A stretch of DNA of 44,462 bases, filler included, from Catajapyx aquilonaris (lineage: Eukaryota), in assembly GCA_000934665.2 (NCBI GenBank). It is 2 parts of 2 records of this genome, joined end to end, with 100 filler letters (N's around TTAATTAATTAA, not from the genome) between each part and the next. Parts side by side here need not be neighbours in the genome. Positions count along the whole stretch, not along the records: positions 1 to 22,203 come from JYFJ02005908.1; positions 22,304 to 44,462 come from JYFJ02005909.1. One strand, 5' to 3'. How positions within the stretch are numbered: position 1 is the first letter of the stretch; each line of letters opens with the position of its first letter. The translations under genes and the position numbers were made by a program. The notes beneath the pieces were generated by a model. It searched no databases and was not told where the DNA came from. It saw only the letters and a program-made list of their open reading frames with translations. Positions 20,898-33,960 of the stretch are shown piece by piece.

Positions 20898-21045
20898 GAG
20901 ATCAATATAAGGTCTCTTTTAGTGGAAAAAAGTACCAGACGATAATAACACTTTCACCAATAAAAAAACAACTGAAAACTGGATTAGTTTACCATCTGCT
21001 TGGGTACCTTTATTTGGCTTTTTGTATTGTACAAATGTGAAAAAT

Positions 21046-21324
21046 TGTTATTTTACCATAACGCCCAGGTACAGTACCCATTCCACGAGCGAGGAAGTGC
21101 AGGTACCGTATACGACGTACGAGTGATTGAGAGTGCAATGACGTTTTGTGCATTATACATTGTACTCCCCTGGGTGGTTACTCTACCGGAACTCTCACCC
21201 GAGAAGAAGTTGGAGACGGCGCAGCTCCACACGAGATGAGATAGGGAAGTCCAAGCTAGGGATCGAACCCCGGACTTTCTCTCCGTGGGAGCGAGCTTTG
21301 CCGCTGCGCCATTCCGCCTTCCCC
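21046..21324 (-). mobile_element. tRNA-derived SINE, second family
   Basis: Minus-strand A box TGGCGCAGCGG and B box GGTTCGATCCC. 3' boundary approximate. Confidence 0.7.
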
Positions 21325-21947
21325 AATATTTTCAGAAATGCATAGTATAGAATGATATTCATTCAGATGCATTTTTGAACAGGTTCAAAAGATTGATGGA
21401 GTGAGAAATGTCAGTGGGGAAGGATGGAGAGAACATGATTATTTTTCCCCTCGGTGCGGTGGGTCATAATCGCTTCTTACCCTATAACTACTGGTACAGT
21501 GCCTCAAACAAAATTCGCAACTGTTTATCAAATCACAAGGATATAGCCAACCAAACCCATCGAAGCACAGATGCTCGCCATAGTTCGTCCGAGGATGGTT
21601 GCAAGGCTGGTTTAACTGGTTCATCAAAATATTCTCTTAAATTAACCTACTACCTAGAGAAGAGTGTGTCGTTCCAAGTATTGGTTTTTTAAAAGTTATT
21701 GGAACTTTCACTCGGAACTTATGTATTTTTGTGTAGATTTTTGCCCCGTGCAGCATTAATAATCACATACCCCTGTCCAGCCCCCTGACACAGCCCACGT
21801 ACATGTATGATGACGGTAGGTTAACACCTGTGTCCTGGCCAGACGGCGCTGATGGCGGAACATGGCGGATGTCCCTCCAGTGTCTGCCGCCATCTTGAAG
21901 GCCCATTCCGGTTGGCTGGCAAGTCAATCTGCCTGCGGGTGGGTGCC

Positions 21948-22203
21948 AAAAAAAATGCCGAAAAATAAGTACGGTACTGCTCGGTACTGCTAGCTATCTT
22001 TAGTCATGTCTAAATAAAATAATTAGTACACTTACAATGCTCTTTTACAATCACCTCCTGCTCGCTTGACATTTTTGGTGTGTCCAGAATGCCTTCTGCA
22101 CAATTTACCGAGCATTGTAAGTGTACTATTTATTTCATTTAGACATGACTAAAGATAGCTAGCAGTACCGAGCAGTACCGTACTTATTTTTCGGCATATT
22201 TTT
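21948..22203. repeat. Fold-back element cut off by the contig end
   Basis: ~21948-22042 is nearly the reverse complement of ~22110-22203. A possible left terminus follows TTAA at 21821-21824. Confidence 0.75.
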
Positions 22204-22303
22204 NNNNNNNNNNNNNNNNNNNNNNNNNNNNNNNNNNNNNNNNNNNNTTAATTAATTAANNNNNNNNNNNNNNNNNNNNNNNNNNNNNNNNNNNNNNNNN
22301 NNN
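22204..22303. other. Artificial assembly linker
   Basis: 44 N + TTAATTAATTAA (stops in all six frames) + 44 N = exactly 100 nt. Confidence 0.95.
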
Positions 22304-22533
22304 GACCGCAATGGCGTAAACGGATAGTACGATTCGAGTGCCCGGCAGAAAATTAGTTCGCGCGAACTGCCGTCACTTCCAGACGGTATAAACACACCTT
22401 TACTAGTTTTTGAGTTACGGTCTTCTTACATCTGACGGCAGCGCGGGCTTTTTGACATTACTTCCTATACTGTAGGTCGTACACAGCGGGAGGAATCGCC
22501 ATCACAGTAGGGTATTAATAATATAGATCCCTG
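22304..22533. mobile_element. Possible DNA-transposon end (P/hAT-like)
   Basis: Ends TATTAATAATATAGATCCCTG (reverse complement CAGGGATCTATATTATTAATA). Partner end absent. Confidence 0.3.
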
Positions 22534-23069
22534 CTATAGGCTTCTTGAAATGAAGACCTTATTGGCAAGGTGTCAATTAGGATTGTCGAGTTAGGGATGG
22601 GACTTTCTCATGGTCAAGCCAGTTTTATATTAGGTCAGTCGCAGTTCCTATAGGCGACCCTAAAATTTAAAAATCCCACAAGGGATAATATGCAATCTTC
22701 AAACTCTTATATCTCTAAATCATTCCGATTATACTCTGCATTTGAGCTCTTCCAACCAATATGTCTTCCAAATAACCAAAAGGATGCCATTCAATACGCA
22801 AAAGCCACAGACTGACGCTAATTATCTGGACACAATATTGTGGGGCACCATTCCGAGTACGTTGTATCCATGGTGAATGCCTACCTACACCTAGATGAGC
22901 TTGTGCTCCGCTGGGTGGCATTTTCCATTAAAATGTGGCAAAGGATATCGACCCACAACATACTGTACCCAGATGCCACATCCGGAGCGCACCCACGTAT
23001 TTCTGTAGCCCCCTGTACACTCCATAATCCAAGCACAGCAGGCATGAGATTACCCCGAAACGTACTTAC

Positions 23070-23144
23070 ACCAAGTGCATGATGGTCTGCGCCGTAATGT
23101 GATGAATGGGCGGTAACTGTCTGAGTCCAGTGTTGACAATGCGT
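23070..23144 (-). CDS. LGR1: LGR1-like LRR exon RIVNTGLRQLPPIHHITAQTIMHL
   Basis: tttcag|A...GT|gtaagt; 75 nt; the NTG motif is typical of glycoprotein hormone receptors. Confidence 0.88.
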
Positions 23145-26100
23145 CTGAAACGTGCGTGAAGACATCATGGATGAGCAGTGTAACTCAGGAGCGTGCACTG
23201 ACAGTTGAGATGGAAATCAACTTACAATACCCGTAGATGAGGGGCATTCAAACGCAGGCTGTCTTCCGGAAGCCCGGTCAAAACCGGAGCGTGGTGTATG
23301 TAGCTGGAAATGAGATCATCACTCAAGCGAACTCATTCATTCAGTCTATTGCACCCATTCGTCTGATATACTCAAAGGGTCCAAGTCAGCTAGGATCTGT
23401 ATCGGTAGAAATTCCGACTAATTTTCTAAAAACTCAGATCCGAGTCGACTTGTGGCACACCCTGTATATAAATCTTACATGGTTCTGAGTCGTGAGAGAT
23501 TCTGGAAGGCTCCGGATTCAATCACGCGAAGAGACTTGAGATTAGCCAGGACCCTGCACAAAAGGAATGGCTATATTAGCAACACCAAATTGATAACATG
23601 ACCAAGAGAAGCTCTGGAGACGGGTTGGTCTTGAATGTAAATGCAAGTGACCGACACGTTGACACTCATGCATAATGCAAATATAGGTGCTGTAGTAGCG
23701 TATTTTGGGAATGTGGGATAACGAATTGCGAAGAATTCTCTATGGGATTCCTGATGAGGTGAAAGAGCGACACGATGATATTTGTTGTTGTTGTTGTCAT
23801 TTCCGCTTCCGTCTAAGTTCATCTGCACGCTGGGTGGCGTCGTTTGGGGCACGCGAACTTTGTTCTTCGTGCCCAGAGGTATACACGACAATCATTCCAA
23901 ACTTTTAGTCCATTGCGGATTGATGCGGATGAAATCCGGGGTAATTATGTTATTTCGCAGGTTGTGCACGCTGCTTTGTCAACCCTTTCTTTCTATTCAG
24001 TGGCTCGAGATATTGCCGTAATATGTCTAAATTGGGGGAGAAATTTGGCAGAAGTGATTATTGTAGATTAATGAGGTTATTAAGTGGGCGTGGAAATGAC
24101 CTCGATGTTTATGTGACATTTAGCCCATGCCAACCACCTACAGGTTATGCAGTAAAAGGACGTATTGTATACAGTAGTCCAGCGGTTCCCAAACTTTTCG
24201 AGTCGCGGAACCCTTAACGAATCACTATTTATTGAGCGGAACCCCAACACCAAATGAAAATTTAACTAGTAATTGTTAACATGCTAAACCTAGTAATGTT
24301 TTTACTTGTTGTAACTTTTACTAAGTTGATCACGCAATATGATGACTTCAAATTAAACAAACTCTGTATTCGCACGCGGCATATTCAAATATGAAAATGT
24401 AAGTTTATCCAGAATTAACTGACTCCCGGAACCCTGATGATCCTTCCGCGGAACCCACTTTAGGAACCGCTGCAGTAGCGGACTCACTGCGCTCGCCCCC
24501 TTCGATCGTTGTAGTGGATATAATTAGCTGTAATCGCACCGTTACGATTGGTGATATGATCAAAAATAGTATCTTTAATTTGGCCGGTCAAGTATAGTAT
24601 ATCGGCAGTGTAACCTTGGCCAAAACCTTTAGAAATACCCGCTTGCCACGGCAGAGAAAATAATGAATGCTATAATGACGCAATCTAGCCACTTGTGGGA
24701 CTTCAGAAACGAAATAGTTTCGAAATCACAGGTCTCATGTTCTTGGCTGAAGCCCTTGATCCGATACATGTAGCTGTGACCCTCTCTGCTAGCTATATAG
24801 TTTTTCCAGCTCTCGCCTATTACGTAATATTTGCAGTAATTGTTTGAATTGCTTCCCTGGAGAAGGTATTGCACAAAGGCAAAAAAAAAACAAAATGGAT
24901 GAAATCGACCAAGTGTGGTTCTTTTACGACCGTCACCCTGGGGATATCAGGCACTACGCCCACTCTCATATAGTCCTCTACACCCCAAAAGCTGGGAAAT
25001 CTTGACGATTGTTTTGAACCCTGTGGACAAGGGAATGACTACCATGTGCATAAAATGACTGCGGTTTAAAATAGTACAAACCTACTGGTGCTGGCCTAGC
25101 CAAGTTTCGTTAATGATATTAGTGTACTGCAAGCTTTTTTCCGGTTGAGAAGCGAACATCCGAGCCCTCGTATATACGATGGCGTATAGATTAAGCTGTG
25201 GGCAACAGAATACCACTTTGAGGGAAACGATAATCTGCCAATGCATGCTGAACAACGAGGATTTTTTTCTCCCCCCTCTGTTGGACCAGAAGCACACAGC
25301 AGAGTAGCTTTCTCTGGACGAGCTGCATTTCAAATGTCCACAAGCTCAGAGCAAACACTCATGTGGTCCTCTCTCCGTCCATGGGGTCCAAATCAATCTG
25401 GGATAGATAGATGGGCAGCGGGGGAAGCGCCTTTGCATCAGGGAAACCTATTATTTCTCGGGGGTTGACATAGCGATGGATCGTTTAGCCATGGAACATG
25501 TAAGGAATCTATACTTACACATCCTGCAGGTGCAGCCTATAACTTTGTAGAATTCCTTCCTCCAGGACTTCCATTCCGCTTCCCGATACCACCCTGACGT
25601 GGTGGACGAGAACAAAAGGAGAGAGCAAATAAGAAAATGTGGGACGGAAAAGCCCACCCACTAGAAGATTTTGTAGGTTATGGATTTCATCTAGATAGCC
25701 TTTGTTTGATGGGAGGGGGGGGGGGNGGGGGAGGAGGAAATGCGTTGTCGATTGTATAGCTTGCGAATTGAATCATATGTTGCCGATTTCTTTATTTCCG
25801 TTTTGGAGCTGTCGGATCTACCTAGTTTTGTGGGATGTATAAATTCTGAATTTTGAAAGGCTTGGCACAAACAAGGCTTCTGTATGCCATCTCGTCTATA
25901 TAGTGAATGGAGAAAGCTGTATTCGACCGAAACAGCCAAATTATGCGTCAGGCAGCCTTGGGCTTCCACAGAGTGATCGGTTTACCCAAAGGTATCGTAT
26001 GTACTGTGCATTTCGCCATGCTGTTGCTTAGTAACTTATGAATAGATGTCATTAATATTAATTTCTGAACTGGGAGTGGGTCTCATAATAAACTGGTGGC

Positions 26101-29100
26101 TCCAAAAATGTTCAATTTGTGCAATGATGGGCTCAGAGTTTTAACCTAGTTTCCCTGATCCCTTCTTTGCCTTCAATTTTCCCGTCAAATGGCAAGAGCA
26201 GAGTAACTGACATATGAGAAAAATCCCAGGGGAGTCTAGTTTTTATTTCTAAAGAGAAACTCGGCGAATAAAAAAAATTGATACGCAATTATAAATGTGT
26301 ATTATACTGCCAAAAGATTGGGGTATATTTCCGTTACTGTAGGACTTTTAATTAGACTTAGCTTTGAACCTTTCCCTAAGGGTTGTCAAATGTCAGCTAT
26401 ACGTGAGTCGTACTTTCGCATAGGCCTATCACCGCTTTTTAAAATCATTACTTGCTACTTTGTAACTCTTTCTATATAGACGAACTGAAATCGAAACGGA
26501 AAGTATTAAGTTCAAAAACCTGAAAATGCTGTGCAGACTGGTTCAGCGTGATACAAATATGCACTTTGCGTACTTTGGAATTCAACGGAGTGCGAATGTG
26601 TCTATGTACAGTACGTACTCTCCAGACGGGATACTCTGCATGAAAGTATAGCAAGTGAGGTGTTTTATTTACCTCCTGACATTTCCCTATCGTAGTTTTA
26701 ACCCCTATAGCCACTGGCCAAGTGAACATCACCCCTAGTGTGTAGGCGGAACAGAAAAGATAATAATGTCACTGTGCGTGCATTAGCATGCTGCCAATTA
26801 AAACGTCACAAGAAATTTACGTCATAACTTGCACGTGTTATCGAACTTGAGAGCCTTGACGAAGTTTTCTGCGCCCAATTTGGGATCCAATATTCCTCTA
26901 AAAATACTGCAGCTTACTTGCAGGCCGGTGATGTCGAGTTATTAGTCACGCCTTCAGTTCCATCCTACTTTCGCAAGTTAATAGTGGAAGCCTAATGAGT
27001 ATGCAACATGCTTCCGGGAGAGAGGAGGTTACGACATGTTGACAACTCTGCACGAGTGAAAAGTTATCCACATCATTACACAATATTTGGAGGCAATATT
27101 TAATTGATCAGAAGTCTTGTTACTATATGGGTGTACTGTACAATGGGTGCTATTATTTCAGGCATTTTTAAAGAAAGAGACTAGGGAGTAGATCGATAGT
27201 AGGTGTTGAGACAGTAAGGTGACAGACTTACAGACGCTGTACTCCAGGGTTGAGAGAAGTGGGGATGCTTCTGAGGTCTCGGCCTCTACATTTGCACTCC
27301 ACTTCCCAATCCAGTCGGCCATCGACAGAAGCATTCCAGCACTTGCAACTGGCCGATTTTGGACCTGAATAAATTGTTGGTGAGAAATTGCGTACACATC
27401 ATTGCAATTATGACATAGGGGCACGCACATGCAGAGTATAGTTAAACCGGGAACACAACCGGGTGACAACTAAACTGGTGCCACTAATTCGACTAATGAG
27501 TGATTAATTTGATTTAAGGTACTCTGATTGAAGCGAGTAATACTGGGCATTTTCAGTTACAGTCCAATCTTGGCGGGATCAGTAATGAATGGCTGTACTC
27601 TCGCTCGACAAAGTGAGTGAATAATATTATGGGATTTGCATACGGGGTAGTGTATGCGTAGTATATGAAACGCATAGTGATGCTCTGTATAATGTTCTCG
27701 GTAAATCGCAAAAGCTGACGTTTATAAATTGGCAGTGACAGTTTTTGCAAATATTTGCTGCGATGCGCGGCTTTTGTGCATATTTGTTTTTCGAAACAAG
27801 ATGCAATAATATGTTAGCATTACATGGCTTTAAAAATACTTGTCTCAATATTGATACCTACGTTCCAAAGTTGCATGATTTTCTGACATCTATTTGCTAG
27901 TTAGTTGTGCTAAATTATGTATTTAATTGGCAATTAATACTCGAGCATAATTTGCAGTGGCGGAAAATAGTCATTTTTCAGTTCTGTGCGTCGCGTCGGA
28001 TTTTAATTAAGGTTATACCCACGTCGATAGAACATACACTATTAGGTTAAACTACATTACTTACCTGTCGATGCATATTCTGCCCTTGTTGCGTGTTGAG
28101 TTAAAACCAACCCAGCAGCTACCACTACAGTCAAGAGTACATGTGATACACTGATTGTGTTTGTCCATTCTTCTTTCCTAGAAGGAAAATCAGATTCTTA
28201 ATGATTGTATTACTGGAGCTTTTATGACTATACTGATTTGCATGAACATGTAGCGTGTATTTTTATTTTCCAAGGTGAAGGGCACATCAGCGTCGAACAC
28301 CCTTGTGCTTTTTTGCGGAAGTATACAGTATACATATTACATAAGCTGTGATGTGAATTCATACAGTAAATAGTACTAATTTCAAAGGCTTTCCACAATT
28401 ATGTTGCCGTAAGGGATTATATACAGACTTATAGGCCTGTGATTTCCGAACTTTTCGCCGCAATATTTTGCTTTGAGTAGCCTGCAGGCTGGACTAATAA
28501 TGACAGACTATACAGGCAGATTGGTAGAACGTTTTAGTGTAACCCCAAAAAATACGTATATATCTACCACCATCACTCTCATTCTAAGGGATTCTATCAG
28601 CTTACAGGGCACATCCCGGTCCAGCAAATTCATATATGAGATTGTAATGAGAAATTCAGCTACTGGCATGGCACAAAATTTGTGCCATGCCAGTAGCTGA
28701 ATTTCTCATTACTCAAATTCCGAGAATTTGAGCACTTTTTTTGTTATGAAATGGTGACAATACTGCCAGCTAGAAACGTTTCCCAGCTTTCAAAGTCAGA
28801 AGTTATGGCACACCACTCACCTCTCTGGATGCAAAGTTATGGAACTCTAGAACGCAATTGCGAGTTTGATAATAGGACATTAAAATTACGAGGTAATCGC
28901 CTTTTTAAACCCCCGCGAGGCACATTTTCTAGGATTATTTTAAATTCTACTCCGATGTGGGGCAATGTGTTTCCTCCATTTTGCGGTCTTTTCTCCGGGT
29001 GATCATTTACAGATGAACTGCAATGGCATATAATTATTTAAAGTTTCAAACCATTCACGGTTTTAGCCCATGGTTAGCGCGTATCTAAATAAAAGAATGA

Positions 29101-32100
29101 TATACACCACAATAGAGGACGTGAAAGATTTTCCGGGCGTTTTTCCATGGAATTGTTCTATAGGTTTCCGGAAATTGAGGACAACTTGGAGGACAAGATC
29201 GCGGCTGTCGGCACATATATCTCTGTCGTACATGGAGTGTGCGGTTTTTGATTGGAGGAACAACTGTACAATAACTGAATCTAGGTCGTGACCTGTGTTT
29301 GTTCGCGGAGATAAGAGGTGGAGCTTTTCTATTTGTACACCTTTGTGATCAGTGAGGATTTCCGGAGATGTACGGAAATCGATAAAGTGTTTCTCAAAAT
29401 CGTCTTTGCAAGTGAATGTACTGTACAGTAGCGGGATCTTACAGGTGCGGCGCAGAACGGATGTTATATGATATGTCTGCTTTTATAGGAACTCCATTGA
29501 AGGTCTTTATTTTCTTTCTCTCGGAACACTATAGCATTTCGCGGAAAAATAGCATGTGAAGAGGGCATGAACAGGGTGGTGAGTAAACCCCACATTTGCT
29601 CGATTCATTTGTCCGGCAGGCCTATAATATTTTAAGACCAAAATAGTATCATCAATTTTGTCAGGGAGGAGCAATTCATGAGAAAACATACTGTATTCAG
29701 ATAAGAGGAAGTTATTTCTGTGCAAAAGCTAACAAGCATTGATCAGAGTATAGCATGCAATATAAGCTTACAAAATGTTCCTAACGAAAGGAACCCTGCC
29801 TATAGAAATTCTGTTCATTGACCTATTTTCCATACAAGCGGAAAATATTAGGTGACTTAATATTATTATTACCACGCTATATATAAGTGCCGGTATATGC
29901 TTACAATTAGTCTGGCATTACGTCTGAACTCTGAAGTAACTGCTACACTTCGCTTCCCGATGGTTTCCTCTCCGAAATTGTGGTCCTCCGTAATAAAACT
30001 GTTTATGGCAGTCTAATGCGATAATTGCTGGACCAATGGACGTTTTAACTATACCATTAAAAATTTCAGATTATCATACAATAATATTCGAATCCTGCGT
30101 AAGTATGCATCTGCATTTTAAGTCGCCTGAGATGCCTAATTTGACTTGTTCAACTACACTTATTGGCATAAAGTCTACTCGTAGTTACAACCTAATATGT
30201 TACAGTTTTGATTTGGGCCTCAGCAATAATAGCATTATGTGGCCAAAGTGGCCTAAATCTTAGTTTTGATATGTATGAATTCGAAAATACAGCGTTGCAA
30301 TTGACTTGTAGCCACAAAATTAGATATGTAGCAGTTACTTTTAATTGATATCAGTAACCTAACACTTTATGCTGACTAGAAAGCAGCAGCATATGCGAAC
30401 TTATATACAGTATAAACAATGCTGCTTTCCTGTTGGACCACCTTATATTCCCGACTTGACGTAGTGCAATATTGTCATATTGAATTATGAAAACTTTTCT
30501 AGCTATCCATTCATAATAAATGTCTCAAAATCCTATTTGGGTTTCCCCTAAGTTGGTTACAGTGAGCCTGAAATAGAGAAAATATTACGTCACATATACT
30601 GTATAGCCTATACATGCTGTCAAAACTGGCCCAGCCAAAAAGAATGCACTTTGTGTGGAGACGCATTTCCAGAAGGCAGAAAAAGCCATTCGTGCCCCCG
30701 TCATCCCTCCCAAACAGTCGGAGATACAAGGTTGGTGCAGTCCATGTGGTTCTGGAATGCCACAGTTATATACGTACGCATAGGGAACCCTGTTTTTTCC
30801 CCTCGTCTTCAAATATATGCAAAAGTGGTATGAAAATTCTGTGAATTTTTCCTCCTATTAGAAGGCCTCCGAGAGACCATGCGAGTAATATAGTCAAGGT
30901 GCCCCGAGGGGATGGAGGGTGGCAAATCCTGCCCTACAGGAATGAGTCCAACGACCCCTGCCGGCTACAGCCTCGTTCTGACTTACAGCAACCTATGTGG
31001 ATGCGTATACTGGAATAGTGCGAATCACCAATGTAAAGTTTTCTTTTCTCCTCACGAATTGTTGTCAATGTACTATTGCATCTCAAGAATTCAAGCCTTG
31101 CATAATTATATTATATGTGAATGATTTTTGTTTTTGTTTTTTTATTCGCCTGGTTAACTATAAAATGCAGCTACGCTTTCGTAACGGGAGACCCAGCACT
31201 TGAACCTACTCTACTAGGCGTGGATCCGCTGAAGGATAGGCGTGGATCCGCCGGTAAGGAAGGTTAGGCCATGGGATAGGTTGGTATACAGCGTGACTCT
31301 AACCCTGCCATATTCGGTCTCCCATTACGAAAGTCCTACCTAAAATGCTCAATCAGGAAGACTTTCCAACAATAATAACAGAAGCAACGTAAATTGCATA
31401 GGCACCATTAAAGCCAGCCATGAGAAATACTCTAGTGACGAGGGATAAATTAACAAACTAAGACAATATCGCAGAAGCGGAGAAATTTGGTGGCGACCTG
31501 AAAAAATTAGTATATTTTATGCATAGAATGGACCTCAGTGTCTAAAAACAACCGGTGTACTAATTATGGCGGAAATTTGAGGCAGTTGAAAAGAACTTTG
31601 AATTGGGTATTATATTTTAAAAATAGCAATCATACAAATAGGGTGAATGTGGCTGTAAATAATCAGCATTGGACTGTGGGTATGTAATAAAAACTGTGAG
31701 ATGCGAAATATTGCATCTAAAATTTCCTTGACGAGCGGTATCAAAATGGCCATTTCCTGTATAATCTTATTGATGTAAAATAAGTGACTATATGATTATG
31801 TCAAGAGTAGGGGGGGATGTTATTATTGATGATTATTGCTGAACCTATATGGATATGCTGCTTGATCAAGGCTTGATTCCGGTCTGAAATGACGGGCATT
31901 ACATTGTAGTCGGTTATTAATTTATCTATTACTCCCACATCGGCTGGCACAAACAATGCAGTTCCTATATCCAAATTAATAAAGGGTTAAGTTCTATGAC
32001 CTACAGGTTATATTGACACCTCTCACGCCTGTCGACAACCCGTCGTGCTAAATCTGCAAGCGGTTTTCATAGTTTGACAATCCGCAGAAATCAGTGACCA

Positions 32101-33960
32101 AAAAAAAAACTATATTAAAATATGCAAAGTGTTTGAGCCACAAGTCTGGTGAAGTATGGAAACGACCTTATTTTGTTGACATCTATATTGTGCTATGTAT
32201 TCCAGGCACACTTATCTATAATGGCTGCTAGGGCACCAAAAACATCTGCAACATTCGTCTTCCGAACCTGACTTGAATCAGTTAAAGAATCAGAGCATTG
32301 TAAAACAAGAATGTCTTTTTTTGTTCACACAATGTCGAAGCTCTCTTATAGTGGCCACTTTTATTTTAATAAAACAGCATAAGTTTGTTTATTGTCTAAG
32401 AAGGCTATTTGCATGCGGGAGGAGTTCTGGCTCGTTGTCATATACGCGTACTGTATAAACAATCATAGTAATGCCTCTCGGGGCAATGTCAAAGATCTGA
32501 CGAGAGTTGTTTTATGAGGGATGTTTTATTTGCCGAGATAGGGCGTGTAATAAGGTAATTCCGCAGGGGAAACATCCCCTTTTACTGCTCGGACGTGAAG
32601 CTCGCTGTCTGATATACGGAGAGAACCTAGATATACCGGCCCGAGAGCCATGGCTACGTGTCGCAAACGAATACGAGTAAGATTTTGTTAAGCTTGTTTT
32701 CTCTGTGCTTGTACACTCGAGTCGTCTTGTTCTTATATCTGAAATAAAATTCGAACGCGCCCCCAAAACAACCTCCTGGAAACACCCGTTCATGGCTTCC
32801 AAATGGACCGTAGGGCACTTGAATTAAGCGTAGTGGTGACAATCAATGTGTAAAAGAGGGTGACAATAATTGGCTCCACTGGGACATTGTTCAAAGCGAC
32901 ATTTTCACTAATTACTGGCTGCATTATATAAGGGTGGTGCAAATGAAACTTAAAGTGGGGAAATATTTTTGGTGCTATTTGTCTTAGCTAGGCGCTAGTG
33001 GTACGTACGGGGAAGCCTCTTTCAACCACAACACCATCATCAAGATTAAATCAACAAGTTCGTGATGGGGTGGAGGAGTGGTGGTTTATGCATCAGCCGA
33101 GGCGCTTCTTTGCGGAAGATAGAGCAAAACTTGTGGGCCGCTGGGACCACTGTCTCGATTGTGGGGGATGACTAAGCATAAAGGGAACTATTGGGAGCAC
33201 AGATAAACATAAAGCACATAAGGATATTATATTAAAGTATTTTCGTATCATATAATCCCCACTTTATGTGCTGTATACAGTATGTTGGACGTGGAAATTA
33301 GTTTCCGAAAAGCTTCTCTCGAGGGATTGGACGCATTTGAATCTATTTGCTGCTGGGAAGGTTTGGTAATGTTTTTATACGAAAATTTACAAAAGCGGCT
33401 TGGAATTTACATAATAATATTAACTGCGTAAATCTTTGTAATGTTGTAGCTGTAGGCTGTTTTGACGTTAATGCGTATCACGGACGCTGCTTATTAGGTC
33501 TCAGGTGGAATTTAATATAGCTTACTGATATATTGTGCAATATAACTTGGAGAATACCTTTGGGCTGTATGCAGTTGGAATTTCGATACGTAAATGGGGA
33601 ATTCTGCCGTTCGGTCTGTCGACGACACTCAACGCAATAGGGGAAAATCGACGAGAGGGTGTTTATTCCGCGCTTAATTGAGAAAAAAAATTCACCAGGA
33701 ATTCTCCGAATCGCGACTAATGAGATTGTGCATATTTAATGGTTCACATTAGTGGAATGGAAATGTTAGTGAAGGTTTTAAAATATAGTTGCGCAAAATT
33801 ATTCATATGTAAAATCACATCCATATTAACTGGCCAGATTTTTGTACACGATAAGGAATTCATATTGTTTTAAAAAAGGAAGTTTGAACGACCTGTGAAG
33901 AGGACAGCAAACAGTAGTAACTCGGAAGAATCGGCAAGATTCAACTTACCATTGCTCCAT
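23070..33960 (-). CDS. LGR1: Type-A LGR (glycoprotein hormone receptor, LGR1/FSHR-TSHR-like), 5' part only
   Basis: Exons 33960-33950, 28177-28065, 27364-27232, 25593-25519, 23553-23479, 23303-23226, 23144-23070. They encode a signal peptide, an LRRNT cap and phase-2 LRR exons of 75/78 nt including GAFQNLSRLRTI and RIVNTGLRQLP. Confidence 0.85.
23226..23303 (-). CDS. LGR1: LGR1-like LRR exon YIHHAPVLTGLPEDSLRLNAPHLRV
   Basis: ttccag|C...TT|gtaagt; 78 nt; phase 2/2. Confidence 0.88.
23479..23553 (-). CDS. LGR1: LGR1-like LRR exon VLANLKSLRVIESGAFQNLSRLRT
   Basis: gtgcag|G...AT|gtaaga; 75 nt. Confidence 0.9.
24180..24472. mobile_element. hAT (Charlie/Buster-like) MITE
   Basis: TIRs CAGCGGTTCCCAAA / TTTAGGAACCGCTG; repeated CGGAACCC; 8-bp TSD CAGTAGTC / CAGTAGCG (6/8). 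Confidence 0.85.
25519..25593 (-). CDS. LGR1: LGR1-like LRR exon VVSGSGMEVLEEGILQSYRLHLQD
   Basis: cgtcag|G...GT|gtaagt; 75 nt. Confidence 0.85.
27232..27364 (-). CDS. LGR1: LGR1-like LRRNT exon PKSASCKCWN...ECKCRGRDLRSIPTSLNPGVQR
   Basis: attcag|GT...CT|gtaagt; Cys-rich cap. Confidence 0.88.
28065..28177 (-). CDS. LGR1: LGR1-like signal-peptide exon KEEWTNTISVSHVLLTVVVAAGLVLTQHATRAEYAST
   Basis: ttctag|G...G|gtaagt; hydrophobic core; phase 2/1. Confidence 0.8.
28644..28712. repeat. Perfect palindrome, 34-bp arms and 1-nt spacer
   Basis: GTAATGAGAAATTCAGCTACTGGCATGGCACAAA-A-TTTGTGCCATGCCAGTAGCTGAATTTCTCATTAC. Confidence 0.92.
31169..31340. mobile_element. 172-bp MITE with 8-bp TSD
   Basis: TSD TAAAATGC at 31161-31168 and 31341-31348; TIR core CTTTCGTAA(C/T)GGGAGACC. 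Confidence 0.78.
32929..33275 (+). mobile_element. Deleted mariner relic
   Basis: 33070-33171 translates VEEWWFMHQPRRFFAEDRAKLVGRWDHCLDCGG, like a mariner transposase C-terminus. Partial TIR TAAAGTGGGGA / TCCCCACTTTA. Confidence 0.65.
33950..33960 (-). CDS. LGR1: Putative LGR1-like start exon (MEQW); exon probably spans 33950-34045
   Basis: ATGGAGCAATG|gtaagt supplies the required phase 2; upstream acceptor ttacag| at 34045. Confidence 0.55.

Noticed and set aside
21530..21655. Minus-strand exon-like stretch (VNLREYFDEPVKP...)
   Set aside because: The strong acceptor leads to immediate stops in all frames, and the peptide does not resemble LGR.
23745..23770. Hammerhead-like CTGATGAGGTGAAAG
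   Set aside because: No stem II and no convincing stems I or III.
29063..29280. Alternative LGR promoter or first exon (TCAGTT initiator-like)
   Set aside because: Short motif expected by chance; no phase-compatible strong donor found.
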